A DNA stretch of 64,000 nt from Eledone cirrhosa (GCA_964016885.1 OZ024743.1:5208001-5272000); one strand, 5' to 3'. Shown: positions 23,201 through 38,200, counted from the first letter of the stretch. Program-made: numbers and translations. Notes: generated by a model not told the origin, from the sequence alone.

Positions 23201-26200
23201 TTCTCTCTTCGTTCGATCTCCTTCGTCCGTTTAGTCTCTCTTCACTGCCCCACCACCTCCATCCTCCTTCTTTCTGCTTCTTCCTTCCCTTCTCTATTCG
23301 TTCGATCTCCTTCGTCTGTTTAGTCTCTCTTCACTGCCCCACCACCTCCATCTTCCTTCTTTCTGCTTCTTCCTTCCCTTCTCTCTTCGTTCGATCTCCT
23401 TCGTCCGTTTAGTCCCTCTTCACTGCCCCACCACCTCCATCCTCCTTCTTTCTGCTTCTTCCTTCCCTTCTCTCTTCGTTCGATCTCCTTCGTCCGTTTA
23501 GTCCCTCTTCACTGCCCCACCACCACCATCCTCCTTCTTTCTGCTTCTTCCTTCCCTTCTCTCTTCGTTCGATCTCCTTCGTCCGTTTAGTCCCTCTTCA
23601 ATGCCCCACCACCACCATCCTCCTTCTTTCTGCTTCTTCCTTCCCTTCTCTCTTCGTTCGATCTCCTTCGTCCGTTTAGTCCCTCTTCACTGCCCCACCA
23701 CCACCATCCTCCTTCTTTCTGCTTCTTCCTTCCCTTCTCTCTTCGTTCGATCTCCTTCGTCCGTTTAGTCTCTCTTCACTGCCCCACCACCACCATCCTC
23801 CTTCTTTCTGCTTCTTCCTTCCCTTCTCTCTTCGTTCGATCTCCTTCGTCCGTTTAGTCCCTCTTCACTGCCCCACCACCTCCATCCTCCTTCTTTCTGC
23901 TTCTTCCTTCCCTTTCTCTTGGGTCGATCTCCTTCGTCCGTTTAGTCTCTTTTCACTGCCCCACCACCTCCATCCTCCTTCTTTCTGCTTCTTCCTTCCC
24001 TTCTCTCTTCGTTCGATCTCCTTCACCCGTTTAGTCTCTCTTCACTGCCCCACCACCACCATCCTCCTTCTTTCTGCTTCTTCCTTCCCTTCTCTCTTCG
24101 TTCGATCTCCTTCGTCCGTTTAGTCTCTCTTCACTGCCCCACCACCTCCATCCTCCTTCTTTCTGCTTCTTCCTTCCCTTTCTCTTCGTTCGATCTCCTT
24201 CGTCCGTTTAGTCTCTCTTCACTGCCCCACCACCTCCATCCTCCTTCTTTCTGCTTCTTCCTTCCCTTCTCTCTTCGTTCGATCTCCTTCACCCGTTTAG
24301 TCTCTCTTCACTGCCCCACCACCACCATCCTCCTTCTTTCTGCTTCTTCCTTCCATTCTCTCTTCGTTCGATCTCCTTCGTCCGTTTAGTCTCTCTTCAC
24401 TGCCCCACCACCTCCATCCTCCTTCTTTCTGCTTCTTCCTTCCCTTCTCTCTTCGTTCGATCTCCTTCACCCGTTTAGTCTCTCTTCACTGCCCCACCAC
24501 CTCCATCCTCCTTCTTTCTGCTTCTTCCTTCCCTTCTCTCTTCATTCGATCTCCTTCGTCCGTTTAGTCTCTCTTCACTGCCCCACCACCTCCATCCTCC
24601 TTCTTTCTGCTTCTTCCTTCCCTTCTCTCTTCGTTCGATCTCCTTCACCCGTTTAGTCTCTCTTCACTGCCCCACCACCTCCATCCTCCTTCTTTCTGCT
24701 TCTTCCTTCCCTTCTCTCTTCGTTCGATCTCCTTCACCCGTTTAGTCTCTCTTCACTGCCCCACCACCTCCATCCTCCTTCTTTCTGCTTCTTCCTTCCC
24801 TTCTCTCTTCGTTCGATCTCCTTCGTCCGTTTAGTCTCTCTTCACTGCCCCACCACCTCCATCCTCCTTCTTTCTGCTTCTTCCTTCCCTTCTCTCTTCG
24901 TTCGATCTCCTTCGTCCGTTTAGTCTCTCTTCACTGTCCCACCACCTCCATCCTCCTTCTTTCTGCTTCTTCCTTCCCTTCTCTCTTCGTTCGATCTCCT
25001 TCACCCGTTTAGTCTCTCTTCACTGCCCCACCACCTCCATCCTCCTTCTTTCTGCTTCTTCCTTCCCTTTCTCTTCGTTCGATCTCCTTCGTCCGTTTAG
25101 TCTCTCTTCACTGCCCCACCACCTCCATCATCCTTCTTTCTGCTTCTTCCTTCCCTTTCTCTTCGTTCGATCTCCTTCGTCCGTTTAGTCTCTCTTCACT
25201 GCCCCACCACCTCCATCCTCCTTCTTTCTGCTTCTTCCTTCCCTTCTCTCTTCGTTCGATCTCCTTCGTCCGTTTAGTCTCTCTTCACTGCCCCACCACC
25301 ACCATCCTCCTTCTTTCTGCTTCTTCCTTCCCTTCTCTCTTCGTTCGATCTCCTTCGTCCGTTTAGTCTCTCTTCACTGCCCCACCACCTCCATCTTCCT
25401 TCTTTCTGCTTCTTCCTTCCCTTCTCTCTTCGTTCGATCTCCTTCGTCCGTTTAGTCTCTCTTCACTGCCCCACCACCTCCATCCTCCTTCTTTCTGCTT
25501 CTTCCTTCCCTTCTCTCTTCGTTCGATCTCCTTCGTCCGTTTAGTCTCTCTTCACTGCCCCACCACCTCCATCCTCCTTCTTTCTGCTTCTTCCTTCCCT
25601 TCTCTCTTCGTTCGATCTCCTTCGTCCGTTTAGTCCCTCTTCACTGCCTCACCACCTCCATCCTCCTTCTTTCTGCTTCTTCCTTCCCTTCTCTCTTCGT
25701 TCGATCTCCTTCGTCCGTTTAGTCCCTCTTCACTGCCCCACCACCACCATCCTCCTTCTTTCTGCTTCTTCCTTCCCTTCTCTCTTCGTTTGATCTCCTT
25801 CGTCCGTTTAGTCCCTCTTCACTGCCCCACCACCACCATCCTCCTTCTTTCTGCTTCTTCCTTCCCTTCTCTCTTCGTTCGATCTCCTTCGTCCGTTTAG
25901 TCCCTCTTCACTGCCCCACCACCACCATCCTCCTTCTTTCTGCTTCTTCCTTCCCTTCTCTCTTCGTTCGATCTCCTTCGTCCGTTTAGTCTCTCTTCAC
26001 TGCCCCACCACCACCATCCTCCTTCTTTCTGCTTCTTCCTTCCCTTCTCTCTTCGTTCGATCTCCTTCGTCCGTTCAGTCCCTCTTCACTGCCCCACCAC
26101 CTCCATCCTCCTTCTTTCTGCTTCTTCCTTCCCTTTCTCTTCGTTCGATCTCCTTCGTCCGTTTAGTCTCTTTTCACTGCCCCACCACCTCCATCCTCCT

Positions 26201-29200
26201 TCTTTCTGCTTCTTCCTTCCCTTCTCTCTTCGTTCGATCTCCTTCACCCGTTTAGTCTCTCTTCACTGCCCCACCACCACCATCCTCCTTCTTTCTGCTT
26301 CTTCCTTCCCTTCTCTCTTCGTTCGATCTCCTTCGTCCGTTTTGTCTCTCTTCACTGCCCCACCACCTCCATCCTCCTTCTTTCTGCTTCTTCCTTCGCT
26401 TTCTCTTAGTTCGATCTCCTTCGTCCGTTTAGTCTCTCTTCACTGCCCCACCACCTCCATCCTCCTTCTTTCTGCTTCTTCCTTCCCTTCTCTCTTCGTT
26501 CGATCTCCTTCACCCGTTTAGTCTCTCTTCACTGCCCCACCACCACCATCCTCCTTCTTTCTGCTTCTTCCTTCCCTTCTCTCTTCGTTCGATCTCCTTC
26601 GTCCGTTTAGTCTCTCTTCACTGCCCCACCACCTCCATCCTCCTTCTTTCTGCTTCTTCCTTCCCTTCTCTCTTCGTTCGATCTCCTTCGTCCGTTTAGT
26701 CTCTCTTCACTGCCCCACCACCTCCATCCTCCTTCTTTCTGCTTCTTCCTTCCCTTTCTCTTCGTTCGATCTCCTTCGTCAGTTTAGTCTCTCTTCACTG
26801 CCCCACCACCACCATCCTCCTTCTTTCTGCTTCTTCCTTCCCTTCTCTCTTAGTTCGATCTCCTTCGTCAGTTTAGTCTCTCTTCACTGCCCCACCACCA
26901 CCATCCTCCTTCTTTCTGCTTCTTCCTTCCCTTCTCTCTTCGTTCGATCTCCTTCACCCGTTTAGTCTCTCTTCACTGCCCCACCACCTCCATCCTCCTT
27001 CTTTCTGCTTCTTCCTTCCCTTCTCTCTTCGTTCGAGCTCCTTCGTCCGTTTAGTCTCTCTTCACTGCCCCACCACCACCATCCTCCTTCTTTCTGCTTC
27101 TTCCTTCCCTTTCTCTTCGTTCGATCTCCTTCGTCCGTTTAGTCTCTCTTCACTGCCCCACCACCTCCATCCTCCTTCTTTCTGCTTCTTCCTTCCCTTC
27201 TCTCTTCGTTCGATCTCCTTCGTCCGTTTAGTCTCTCTTCACTGCCCCACCACCTCCATCCTCCTTCTTTCTGCTTCTTCCTTCCCTTCTCTCTTCGTTC
27301 GATCTCCTTCACCCGTTTAGTCTCTCTTCACTGCCCCACCACCTCCATCCTCCTTCTTTCTGCTTCTTCCTTCCCTTCTCTCTTCGTTCGATCTCCTTCG
27401 TCCGTTTAGTCTCTCTTCACTGCCCCACCACCTCCATCCTCCTTCTTTCTGCTTCTTCCTTCCCTTCTCACTTCGTTCGATCTCCTTCGTCCGTTTAGTC
27501 TCTCTTCACTGCCCCACCACCTCCATCCTCCTTCTTTCTGCTTCTTCCTTCCCTTCTCTCTTCGTTCGATCTCCTTCACCCGTTTAGTCTCTCTTCACTG
27601 CCCCACCACCTCCATCCTCCTTCTTTCTGCTTCTTCCTTCCCTTCTCTCTTCGTTCGATCTCCTTCGTCCGTTTAGTCTCTCTTCACTGCCCCACCACCT
27701 CCATCCTCCTTCTTTCTGCTTCTTCCTTCCCTTCTCTCTTCGTTCGATCTCCTTCGTCCGTTTAGTCTCTCTTCACTGCCCCACCACCTCCATCCTCCTT
27801 CTTTCTGCTTCTTCCTTCCCTTCTCTCTTCGTTCGATCTCCTTCACCCGTTTAGTCTCTCTTCACTGCCCCACCACCACCATCCTCCTTCTTTCTGCTTC
27901 TTCCTTCCCTTCTCTCTTCGTTCGATCTCCTTCACCCGTTTAGTCTCTCTTCACTGCCCCACCACCTCCATCCTCCTTCTTTCTGCTTCTTCCTTCCCTT
28001 CTCTCTTCGTTCGATCTCCTTCGTCCGTTTAGTCTCTCTTCACTGCCCCACCACCTCCATCCTCCTTTCTGCTTCTTCCTTCCCTTCTCTCTTCGTTCGA
28101 TCTCCTTCGTCCGTTTAGTCTCTCTTCACTGCCCCACCACCTCCATCCTCCTTCTTTCTGCTTCTTCCTTTCCTTCTCTCTTCGTTCGATCTCCTTCACC
28201 CGTTTAGTCTCTCTTCACTGCCCCACCACCTCCATCCTCCTTCTTTCTGCTTCTTCCTTCCCTTTCTCTTCGTTCGATCTCCTTCGTCCGTTTAGTCTCT
28301 CTTCACTGCCCCACCACCTCCATCCTCCTTCTTTCTGCTTCTTCCTTCCCTTCTCTCTTCGTTCGATCTCCTTCGTCCGTTTAGTCTCTCTTCACTGCCC
28401 CACCACCACCATCCTCCTTCTTTCTGCTTCTTCCTTCCCTTCTCTCTTCGTTCGATCTCCTTCGTCCGTTTAGTCTCTCTTCACTGCCCCACCACCTCCA
28501 TCCTCCTTCTTTCTGCTTCTTCCTTCCCTTCTCTCTTCGTTCGATCTCCTTCGTCCGTTTAGTCCCTCTTCACTGCCCCACCACCTCCATCCTCCTTCTT
28601 TCTGCTTCTTCCTTCCCTTCTCTCTTCGTTCGATCTCCTTCGTCCGTTTAGTCCCTCTTCACTGCCCCACCACCACCATCCTCCTTCTTTCTGCTTCTTC
28701 CTTCCTTTCTCTCTTCGTTCGATCTCCTCCGTCCGTTTAGTCCCTCTTCACTGCCCCACCACCTCCATCCTCCTTCTTTCTGCTTCTTCCTTCCCTTCTC
28801 CCTTCGTTCGATCTCCTTCGTCCGTTTAGTCCCTCTTCACTGCCCCACCACCACCATCCTCCTTCTTTCTGCTTCTTCCTTCCTTTCTCTCTTCGTTCGA
28901 TCTCCTTCACCCGTTTAGTCTCTCTTCACTGCCCCACCACCTCCATCCTCCTTCTTTCTGCTTCTTCCTTCCCTTCTCTCTTCGTTCGATCTCCTTCGTC
29001 CGTTTAGTCCCTCTTCACTGCCCCACCACCACCATCCTCCTTCTTTCTGCTTCTTCCTTCCCTTCTCTCTTCGTTCGATCTCCCTCGTCCGTTTAGTCTC
29101 TCTTCACTGCCCCACCACCACCATCCTCCTTCTTTCTGCTTCTTCCTTCCCTTCTCTCTTCGTTCGATCTCCTTCTTCCGTTTAGTCCCTCTTCACTGCC

Positions 29201-32200
29201 CCACCACCTCCATCCTCCTTCTTTCTGCTTCTTCCTTCCCTTTCTCTTCAGTCGATCTCCTTCGTCCGTTTAGTCTCTTTTCACTGCCCCACCACCTCCA
29301 TCCTCCTTCTTTCTGCTTCTTCCTTCCCTTCTCTCTTCGTTCGATCTCCTTCACCCGTTTAGTCTCTCTTCACTGCCCCACCACCACCATCCTCCTTCTT
29401 TCTGCTTCTTCCTTCCCTTCTCTCTTCGTTCGATCTCCTTCGTCCGTTTAGTCTCTCTTCACTGCCCCACCACCTCCATCCTCCTTCTTTCTGCTTCTTC
29501 CTTCCCTTCTCTCTTCGTTCGATCTCCTTCACCCGTTTAGTCTCTCTTCACTGCCCCACCACCTCCATCCTCCTTCTTTCTGCTTCTTCCTTCCCTTCTC
29601 TCTTCGTTCGATCTCCTTCACCCGTTTAGTCTCTCTTCACTGCCCCACCACCTCCATCCTCCTTCTTTCTGCTTCTTCCTTCCCTTCTCTCTTCGTTCGA
29701 TCTCCTTCGTCCGTTTAGTCTCTCTTCACTGCCCCACCACCTCCATCCTCCTTCTTTCTGCTTCTTCCTTCCCTTCTCTCTTCGTTCGATCTCCTTCACC
29801 CGTTTAGTCTCTCTTCACTGCCCCACCACCTCCATCCTCCTTCTTTCTGCTTCTTCCTTCCCTTCTCTCTTCGTTCGATCTCCTTCACCCGTTTAGTCTC
29901 TCTTCACTGCCCCACCACCTCCATCCTCCTTCTTTCTGCTTCTTCCTTCCCTTCTCTCTTCGTTCGATCTCCTTCGTCCGTTTAGTCTCTCTTCACTGCC
30001 CCACCACCTCCATCCTCCTTCTTTCTGCTTCTTCCTTCCCTTCTCTCTTCGTTCGATCACCTTCGTCCGTTTAGTCTCTCTTCACTGCCCCACCACCTCC
30101 ATCCTCCTTCTTTCTGCTTCTTCCTTCCCTTCTCTCTTCGTTCGATCTCCTTCACCCGTTTAGTCTCTCTTCACTGCCCCACCACCTCCATCCTCCTTCT
30201 TTCTGCTTCTTCCTTCCCTTTCTCTTCGTTCGATCTCCTTCGTCCGTTTAGTCTCTCTTCACTGCCCCACCACCTCCATCCTCCTTCTTTCTGCTTCTTC
30301 CTTCCCTTCTCTCTTCATTCGATCTCCTTCGTCCGTTTAGTCTCTCTTCACTGCCCCACCACCTCCATCCTCCTTCTTTCTGCTTCTTCCTTCCCTTTCT
30401 CTTCGTTCGATCTCCTTCGTCCGTTTAGTCTCTCTTCACTGCCCCACCACCACCATCCTCCTTCTTTCTGCTTCTTCCTTCCCTTCTCTCTTCGTTCGAT
30501 CTCCTTCGTCCGTTTAGTCTCTCTTCACTGCCCCACCACCTCCATCCTCCTTCTTTCTGCTTCTTCCTTCCCTTCTCTCTTCGTTCGATCTCCTTCGTCC
30601 GTTTAGTCTCTCTTCACTGCCCCACCACCTCCATCCTCCTTCTTTCTGCTTCTTCCTTCCCTTCTCTCTTCGTTCGATCTCCTTCGTCCGTTTAGTCCCT
30701 CTTCACTGCCCCACCACCTCCATCCTCCTTCTTTCTGCTTCTTCCTTCCATTCTCTCTTCGTTCGATCTCCTTCGTCCGTTTAGTCCCTCTTCACTACCC
30801 CACCACCACCATCCTCCTTCTTTCTGCTTCTTCCTTGCCTTCTCTCTTCGTTTGATCTCCTTCGTCCGTTTAGTCCCTCTTCACTGCCCCACCACCACCA
30901 TCCTCCTTCTTTCTGCTTCTTCCTTCCCTTCTCTCTTCGTTCGATCTCCTTCGTCCGTTTAGTCCCTCTTCACTGCCCCACCACCACCATCCTCCTTCTT
31001 TCTGCTTCTTCCTTCCCTTCTCTCTTCGTTCGATCTCCTTCGTCCGTTTAGTCTCTCTTCACTGCCCCACCACCACCATCCTCCTTCTTTCTGCTTCTTC
31101 CTTCCCTTCTCTCTTCGTTCGATCTCCTTCGTCCGTTTAGTCCCTCTTCACTGCCCCACCACCTCCATCCTCCTTCTTTCTGCTTCTTCCTTCCCTTTCT
31201 CTTCGTTCGATCTCCTTCGTCCGTTTAGTCTCTTTTCACTGCCCCACCACCTCCATCCTCCTTCTTTCTGCTTCTTCCTTCCCTTCTCTCTTCGTTCGAT
31301 CTCCTTCACCCGTTTAGTCTCTCTTCACTGCCCCACCACCACCATCCTCCTTCTTTCTGCTTCTTCCTTCCCTTCTCTCTTCGTTCGATCTCCTTCGTCC
31401 GTTTAGTCTCTCTTCACTGCCCCACCACCACCATCCTCCTTCTTTCTGCTTCTTCCTTCCCTTCTCTCTTCGTTCGATCTCCTTCACCCGTTTAGTCTCT
31501 CTTCACTGCCCCACCACCTCCATCCTCCTTCTTTCTGCTTCTTCCTTCCCTTCTCTCTTCGTCCGTTTAGTCTCTCTTCACTGCCCCACCACCTCCATCC
31601 TCCTTCTTTCTGCTTCTTCCTTCCCTTCTCTCTTCGTTCGATCTCCTTCACCCGTTTAGTCTCTCTTCACTGCCCCACCACCTCCATCCTCCTTCTTTCT
31701 GCTTCCTCCTTCCCTTCTCTCTTCGTTCGATCTCCTTCACCCGTTTAGTCTCTCTTCACTGCCCCACCACCTCCATCCTACTTCTTTCTGCTTCTTCCTT
31801 CCCTTCTCTCTTCGTTCGATCACCTTCGTCCGTTTAGTCTCTCTTCACTGCCCCACCACCTCCATCCTCCTTCTTTCTGCTTCTTCCTTCCCTTCTCTCT
31901 TCGTTCGATCTCCTTCGTCCGTTTAGTCTCTCTTCACTGCCCCACCACCTCCATCCTCCTTCTTTCTGCTTCTTCCTTCCCTTCTCTCTTCGTTCGATCT
32001 CCTTCACCCGTTTAGTCTCTCTTCACTGCCCCACCACCTCCATCCTCCTTCTTTCTGCTTCTTCCTTCCCTTTCTCTTCGTTCGATCTCCTTCGTCCGTT
32101 TAGTCTCTCTTCACTGCCCCACCACCTCCATCCTCCTTCTTTCTGCTTCTTCCTTCCCTTTCTCTTCGTTCGATCTCCTTCGTCCGTTTAGTCTCTCTTC

Positions 32201-35200
32201 ACTGCCCCACCACCTCCATCCTCCTTCTTTCTGCTTCTTCCTTCCCTTCTCTCTTCGTTCGATCTCCTTCGTCCGTTTAGTCTCTCTTCACTGCCCCACC
32301 ACCACCATCCTCCTTCTTTCTGCTTCTTCCTTCCCTTCTCTCTTCGTTCGATCTCCTTCGTCCGTTTAGTCTCTCTTCACTGCCCCACCACCTCCATCCT
32401 CCTTCTTTCTGCTTCTTCCTTCCCTTCTCTCTTCGTTCGATCTCCTTCGTCCGTTTAGTCTCTCTTCACTGCCCCACCACCTCCATCCTCCTTCTTTCTG
32501 CTTCTTCCTTCCCTTCTCTCTTCGTTCGATCTCCTTCGTCCGTTTAGTCCCTCTTCACTGCCCCACCACCTCCATCCTCCTTCTTTCTGCTTCTTCCTTC
32601 CCTTCTCTCTTCGTTCGATCTCCTTCGTCCGTTTAGTCCCTCTTCACTGCCCCACCACCACCATCCTCCTTCTTTCTGCTTCTTCCTTCCCTTCTCTCTT
32701 CGTTTGATCTCCTTCGTCCGTTTAGTCCCTCTTCACTGCCCCACCACCACCATCCTCCTTCTTTCTGCTTCTTCCTTCCCTTCTCTCTTCGTTCGATCTC
32801 CTTCGTCCGTTTAGTCCCTATTCACTGCCCCACCACCACCATCCTCCTTCTTTCTGCTTCTTCCTTCCCTTCTCTCTTCGTTCGATCTCCTTCGTCCGTT
32901 TAGTCTCTCTTCACTGCCCCACCACCACCATCCTCCTTCTTTCTGCTTCTTCCTTCCCTTCTCTCTTCGTTTGATCTCCTTCGTCCGTTTAGTCCCTCTT
33001 CACTGCCCCACCACCACCATCCTCCTTCTTTCTGCTTCTTCCTTCCCTTCTCTCTTCGTTCGATCTCCTTCGTCCGTTTAGTCCCTCTTCACTGCCCCAC
33101 CACCACCATCCTCCTTCTTTCTGCTTCTTCCTTCCCTTCTCTCTTCGTTCGATCTCCTTCGTCCGTTTAGTCTCTCTTCACTGCCCCACCACCTCCATCC
33201 TCCTTCTTTCTGCTTCTTCCTTCGCTTTCTCTTCGTTCGATCTCCTTCGTCCGTTTAGTCTCTCTTCACTGCCCCACCACCTCCATCCTCCTTCTTTCTG
33301 CTTCTTCCTTCCCTTCTCTCTTCGTTCGATCTCCTTCACCCGTTTAGTCTCTCTTCACTGCCCCACCACCACCATCCTCCTTCTTTCTGCTTCTTCCTTC
33401 CCTTCTCTCTTCGTTCGATCTCCTTCGTCCGTTTAGTCTCTCTTCACTGCCCCACCACCTCCATCCTCCTTCTTTCTGCTTCTTCCTTCCCTTTCTCTTC
33501 GTTCGATCTCCTTCGTCAGTTTAGTCTCTCTTCACTGCCCCACCACCACCATCCTCTTTCTTTCTGCTTCTTCCTTCCCTTCTCTCTTCGTTCGATCTCC
33601 TTCGTCAGTTTAGTCTCTCTTCACTGCCCCACCACCACCATCCTCCTTCTTTCTGCTTCTTCCCTCCCTTCTCTCTTCGTTCGATCTCCTTCACCCGTTT
33701 AGTCTCTCTTCACTGCCCCACCACCTCCATCCTCCTTCTTTCTGCTTCTTCCTTCCCTTCTCTCTTCGTTCGATCTCCTTCGTCCGTTTAGTCTCTCTTC
33801 ACTGCCCCACCACCACCATCCTCCTTCTTTCTGCTTCTTCCTTCCCTTTCTCTTCGTTCGATATCCTTCGTCCGTTTAGTCTCTCTTCACTGCCCCACCA
33901 CCTCCATCCTCCTTCTTTCTGCTTCTTCCTTCCCTTCTCTCTTCGTTCGATCTCCTTCGTCCGTTTAGTCTCTCTTCACTGCCCCACCACCTCCATCCTC
34001 CTTCTTTCTGCTTCTTCCTTCCCTTCTCTCTTCGTTCGATCTCCTTCACCCGTTTAGTCTCTCTTCACTGCCCCACCACCTCCATCCTCCTTCTTTCTGC
34101 TTCTTCCTTCCCTTCTCTCTTCGTTCGATCTCCTTCGTCCGTTTAGTCTCTCTTCACTGCCCCACCACCTCCATCCTCCTTCTTTCTGCTTCTTCCTTCC
34201 CTTCTCTCTTCGTTCGATCTCCTTCGTCCGTTTAGTCTCTCTTCACTGCCCCACCACCTCCATCATCCTTCTTTCTGCTTCTTCCTTCCCTTCTCTCTTC
34301 GTTCGATCTCCTTCACCCGTTTAGTCTCTCTTCACTGCCCCACCACCACCATCCTCCTTCTTTCTGCTTCTTCCTTCCCTTCTCTCTTCGTTCGATCTCC
34401 TTCACCCGTTTAGTCTCTCTTCACTGCCCCACCACCTCCATCCTCCTTCTTTCTGCTTCTTCCTTCCCTTCTCTCTTCGTTCGATCTCCTTCGTCCGTTT
34501 AGTCTCTCTTCACTGCCCCACCACCTCCATCCTCCTTCTTTCTGCTTCTTCCTTCCCTTCTCTCTTCGTTCGATCTCCTTCGTCCGTTTAGTCTCTCTTC
34601 ACTGCCCCACCACCTCCATCCTCCTTCTTTCTGCTTCTTCCTTTCCCTTCTCTCTTCGTTCGATCTCCTTCACCCGTTTAGTCTCTCTTCACTGCCCCAC
34701 CACCTCCATCCTCCTTCTTTCTGCTTCTTCCTTCCCTTTCTCTTCGTTCGATCTCCTTCGTCCGTTTAGTCTCTCTTCACTGCCCCACCACCTCCATCCT
34801 CCTTCTTTCTGCTTCTTCCTTCCCTTCTCTCTTCGTTCGATCTCCTTCGTCCGTTTAGTCTCTCTTCACTGCCCCACCACCTCCATCCTCCTTCTTTCTG
34901 CTTCTTCCTTCCCTTCTCTCTTCGTTCGATCTCCTTCGTCCGTTTAGTCCCTCTTCACTGCCCCACCACCTCCATCCTCCTTCTTTCTGCTTCTTCCTTC
35001 CCTTCTCTCTTCGTTCGATCTCCTTCGTCCGTTTAGTCCCTCTTCACTGCCCCACCACCACCATCCTCCTTCTTTCTGCTTCTTCCTTCCTTTCTCTCTT
35101 CGTTCGATCTCCTTCGTCCGTTTAGTCACTCTTCACTGCCCCACCACCACCATCCTCCTTCTTTCTGCTTCTTCCTTCCCTTCTCTCTTCGTTCGATCTC

Positions 35201-38200
35201 CTTCGTCCGTTTAGTCCCTCTTCACTGCCCCACCACCACCATCCTCCTTCTTTCTGCTTCTTCCTTCCCTTCTCTCTTAGTTCGATCTCCTTCGTCCGTT
35301 TAGTCCCTCTTCACTGCCCCACCACCACCATCCTCCTTCTTTCTGCTTCTTCCTTCCCTTCTCTCTTCGTTCGATCTCCTTCGTCCGTTTAGTCACTCTT
35401 CACTGCCCCACCACCACCATCCTCCTTCTTTCTGCTTCTTCCTTCCCTTCTCTCTTCGTTCGATCTCCTTCGTCCGTTTAGTCCCTCTTCACTGCCCCAC
35501 CACCACCATCCTCCTTCTTTCTGCTTCTTCCTTCCCTTCTCTCTTCGTTCGATCTCCTTCGTCCGTTTAGTCCCTCTTCACTGCCCCACCACCTCCATCC
35601 TCCTTCTTTCTGCTTCTTCCTTCCCTTCTCTCTTCGTTCGATCTCCTTCGTCCGTTTAGTCTCTCTTCACTGCCCCACCACCTCCATCCTCCTTCTTTCT
35701 GCTTCTTCCTTTCCTTCTCTCTTCGTTCGATCTCCTTCACCCGTTTAGTCTCTCTTCACTGCCCCACCACCACCATCCTCCTTCTTTCTGCTTCTTCCTT
35801 CCCTTCTCTCTTCGTTCGATCTCCTTCGTCCGTTTAGTCCCTCTTCACTGCCCCACCACCACCATCCTCCTTCTTTCTGCTTCTTCCTTCCCTTCTCTCT
35901 TCGTTCGATCTCCTTCGTCCGTTTAGTCCCTCTTCACTGCCCCACCACCACCATCCTCCTTCTTTCTGCTTCTTCCTTCCCTTCTCTCTTCGTTCGATCT
36001 CCTTCGTCCGTTTAGTCCCTCTTCACTGCCCCACCACCACCATCCTCCTTCTTTCTGCTTCTTCCTTCCCTTCTCTCTTCGTTCGATCTCCTTCGTCCGT
36101 TTAGTCCCTCTTCACTGCCCCACCACCTCCATCCTCCTTCTTTCTGCTTCTTCCTTCCCTTTCTCTTCAGTCGATCTCCTTCGTCCGTTTAGTCCCTCTT
36201 CACTGCCCCACCACCTCCATCCTCCTTCTTTCTGCTTCTTCCTTCCCTTTCTCTTCAGTCGATCTCCTTCGTCCGTTTAGTCCCTCTTCACTGCCCCACC
36301 ACCACCATCCTCCTTCTTTCTGCTTCTTCCTTCCCTTCTCTCTTCGTTCGATCTCCTTCGTCCGTTTAGTCCCTCTTCACTGCCCCACCACCACCATCCT
36401 CCTTCTTTCTGCTTCTTCCTTCCCTTCTCTCTTCGTTCGATCTCCTTCGTCCGTTTAGTCCCTCTTCACTGCCCCACCACCACCATCCTCCTTCTTTCTG
36501 CTTCTTCCTTCCCTTCTCTCTTCGTTCGATCTCCTTCGTCCGTTTAGTCCCTCTTCACTGCCCCACCACCACCATCCTCTTTCTTTCTGCTTCTTCCTTC
36601 CCTTCTCTCTTCGTTCGATCTCCTTCGTCCGTTTAGTCCCTCTTCACTGCCCCACCACCTCCATCCTCCTTCTTTCTGCTTCTTCCTTCCCTTTCTCTTC
36701 AGTCGATCTCCTTCGTCCGTTTAGTCCCTCTTCACTGCCCCACCACCACCATCCTCCTTCTTTCTGCTTCTTCCTTCCCTTCTCTCTTCGTTCGATCTCC
36801 TTCGTCCGTTTAGTCCCTCTTCACTGCCCCACCACCTCCATCCTCCTTCTTTCTGCTTCTTCCTTCCCTTTCTCTTCAGTCGATCTCCTTCGTCCGTTTA
36901 GTCTCTTTTCACTGCCCCACCACCTCCATCCTCCTTCTTTCTGCTTCTTCCTTCCCTTTCTCTTCAGTCGATCTCCTTCGTCCGTTTAGTCTCTCTTCAC
37001 TGCCCCACCACCACCATCCTCCTTCTTTCTGCTTCTTCCTTCCCTTCTCTCTTCGTTCGATCTCCTTCGTCCGTTTAGTCCCTCTTCACTGCCCCACCAC
37101 CTCCATCCTCCTTCTTTCTGCTTCTTCCTTCCCTTTCTCTTCAGTCGATCTCCTTCGTCCGTTTAGTCTCTCTTCACTGCCCCACCACCTCCATCCTCCT
37201 TCTTTCTGCTTCTTCCTTCCCTTCTCTCTTCGTTCGATCTCCTTCGTCCGTTTAGTCTCTCTTCACTGCCCCACCACCTCCATCCTCCTTCTTTCTGCTT
37301 CTTCCTTCCCTTCTCACTTCGTTCGATCTCCTTCGTCCGTTTAGTCTCTCTTCACTGCCCCACCACCTCCATCCTCCTTCTTTCTGCTTCTTCCTTCCCT
37401 TCTCTCTTCGTTCGATCTCCTTCGTCCGTTTAGTCTCTCTTCACTGCCCCACCACCTCCATCCTCCTTCTTTCTGCTTCTTCCTTCCCTTCTCTCTTCGT
37501 TCGATCTCCTTCGTCCGTTTAGTCCCTCTTCACTGCCCCACCACCACCATCCTCCTTCTTTCTGCTTCTTCCTTCCCTTCTCTCTTCGTTCGATCTCCTT
37601 CGTCCGTTTAGTCCCTCTTCATTGCCCCACCACCACCATCCTCCTTCTTTCTGCTTCTTCCTTCCCTTCTCTCTTCGTTCGATCTCCTTCGTCCGTTTAG
37701 TCCCTCTTCACTGCCCCACCACCACCATCCTCCTTCTTTCTGCTTCTTCCTTCCCTTCTCTCTTCGTTCGATCTCCTTCGTCCGTTTAGTCCCTCTTCAC
37801 TGCCCCACCACCTCCATCCTCCTTCTTTCTGCTTCTTCCTTCCCTTTCTCTTCAGTCGATCTCCTTCGTCCGTTTAGTCCCTCTTCACTGCCCCACCACC
37901 TCCATCCTCCTTCTTTCTGCTTCTTCCTTCCCTTTCTCTTCAGTCGATCTCCTTCGTCCGTTTAGTCCCTCTTCACTGCCCCACCACCACCATCCTCCTT
38001 CTTTCTGCTTCTTCCTTCCCTTCTCTCTTCGTTCGATCTCCTTCGTCCGTTTAGTCCCTCTTCACTGCCCCACCACCACCATCCTCCTTCTTTCTGCTTC
38101 TTCCTTCCCTTCTCTCTTCGTTCGATCTCCTTCGTCCGTTTAGTCCCTCTTCACTGCCCCACCACCACCATCCTCCTTCTTTCTGCTTCTTCCTTCCCTT

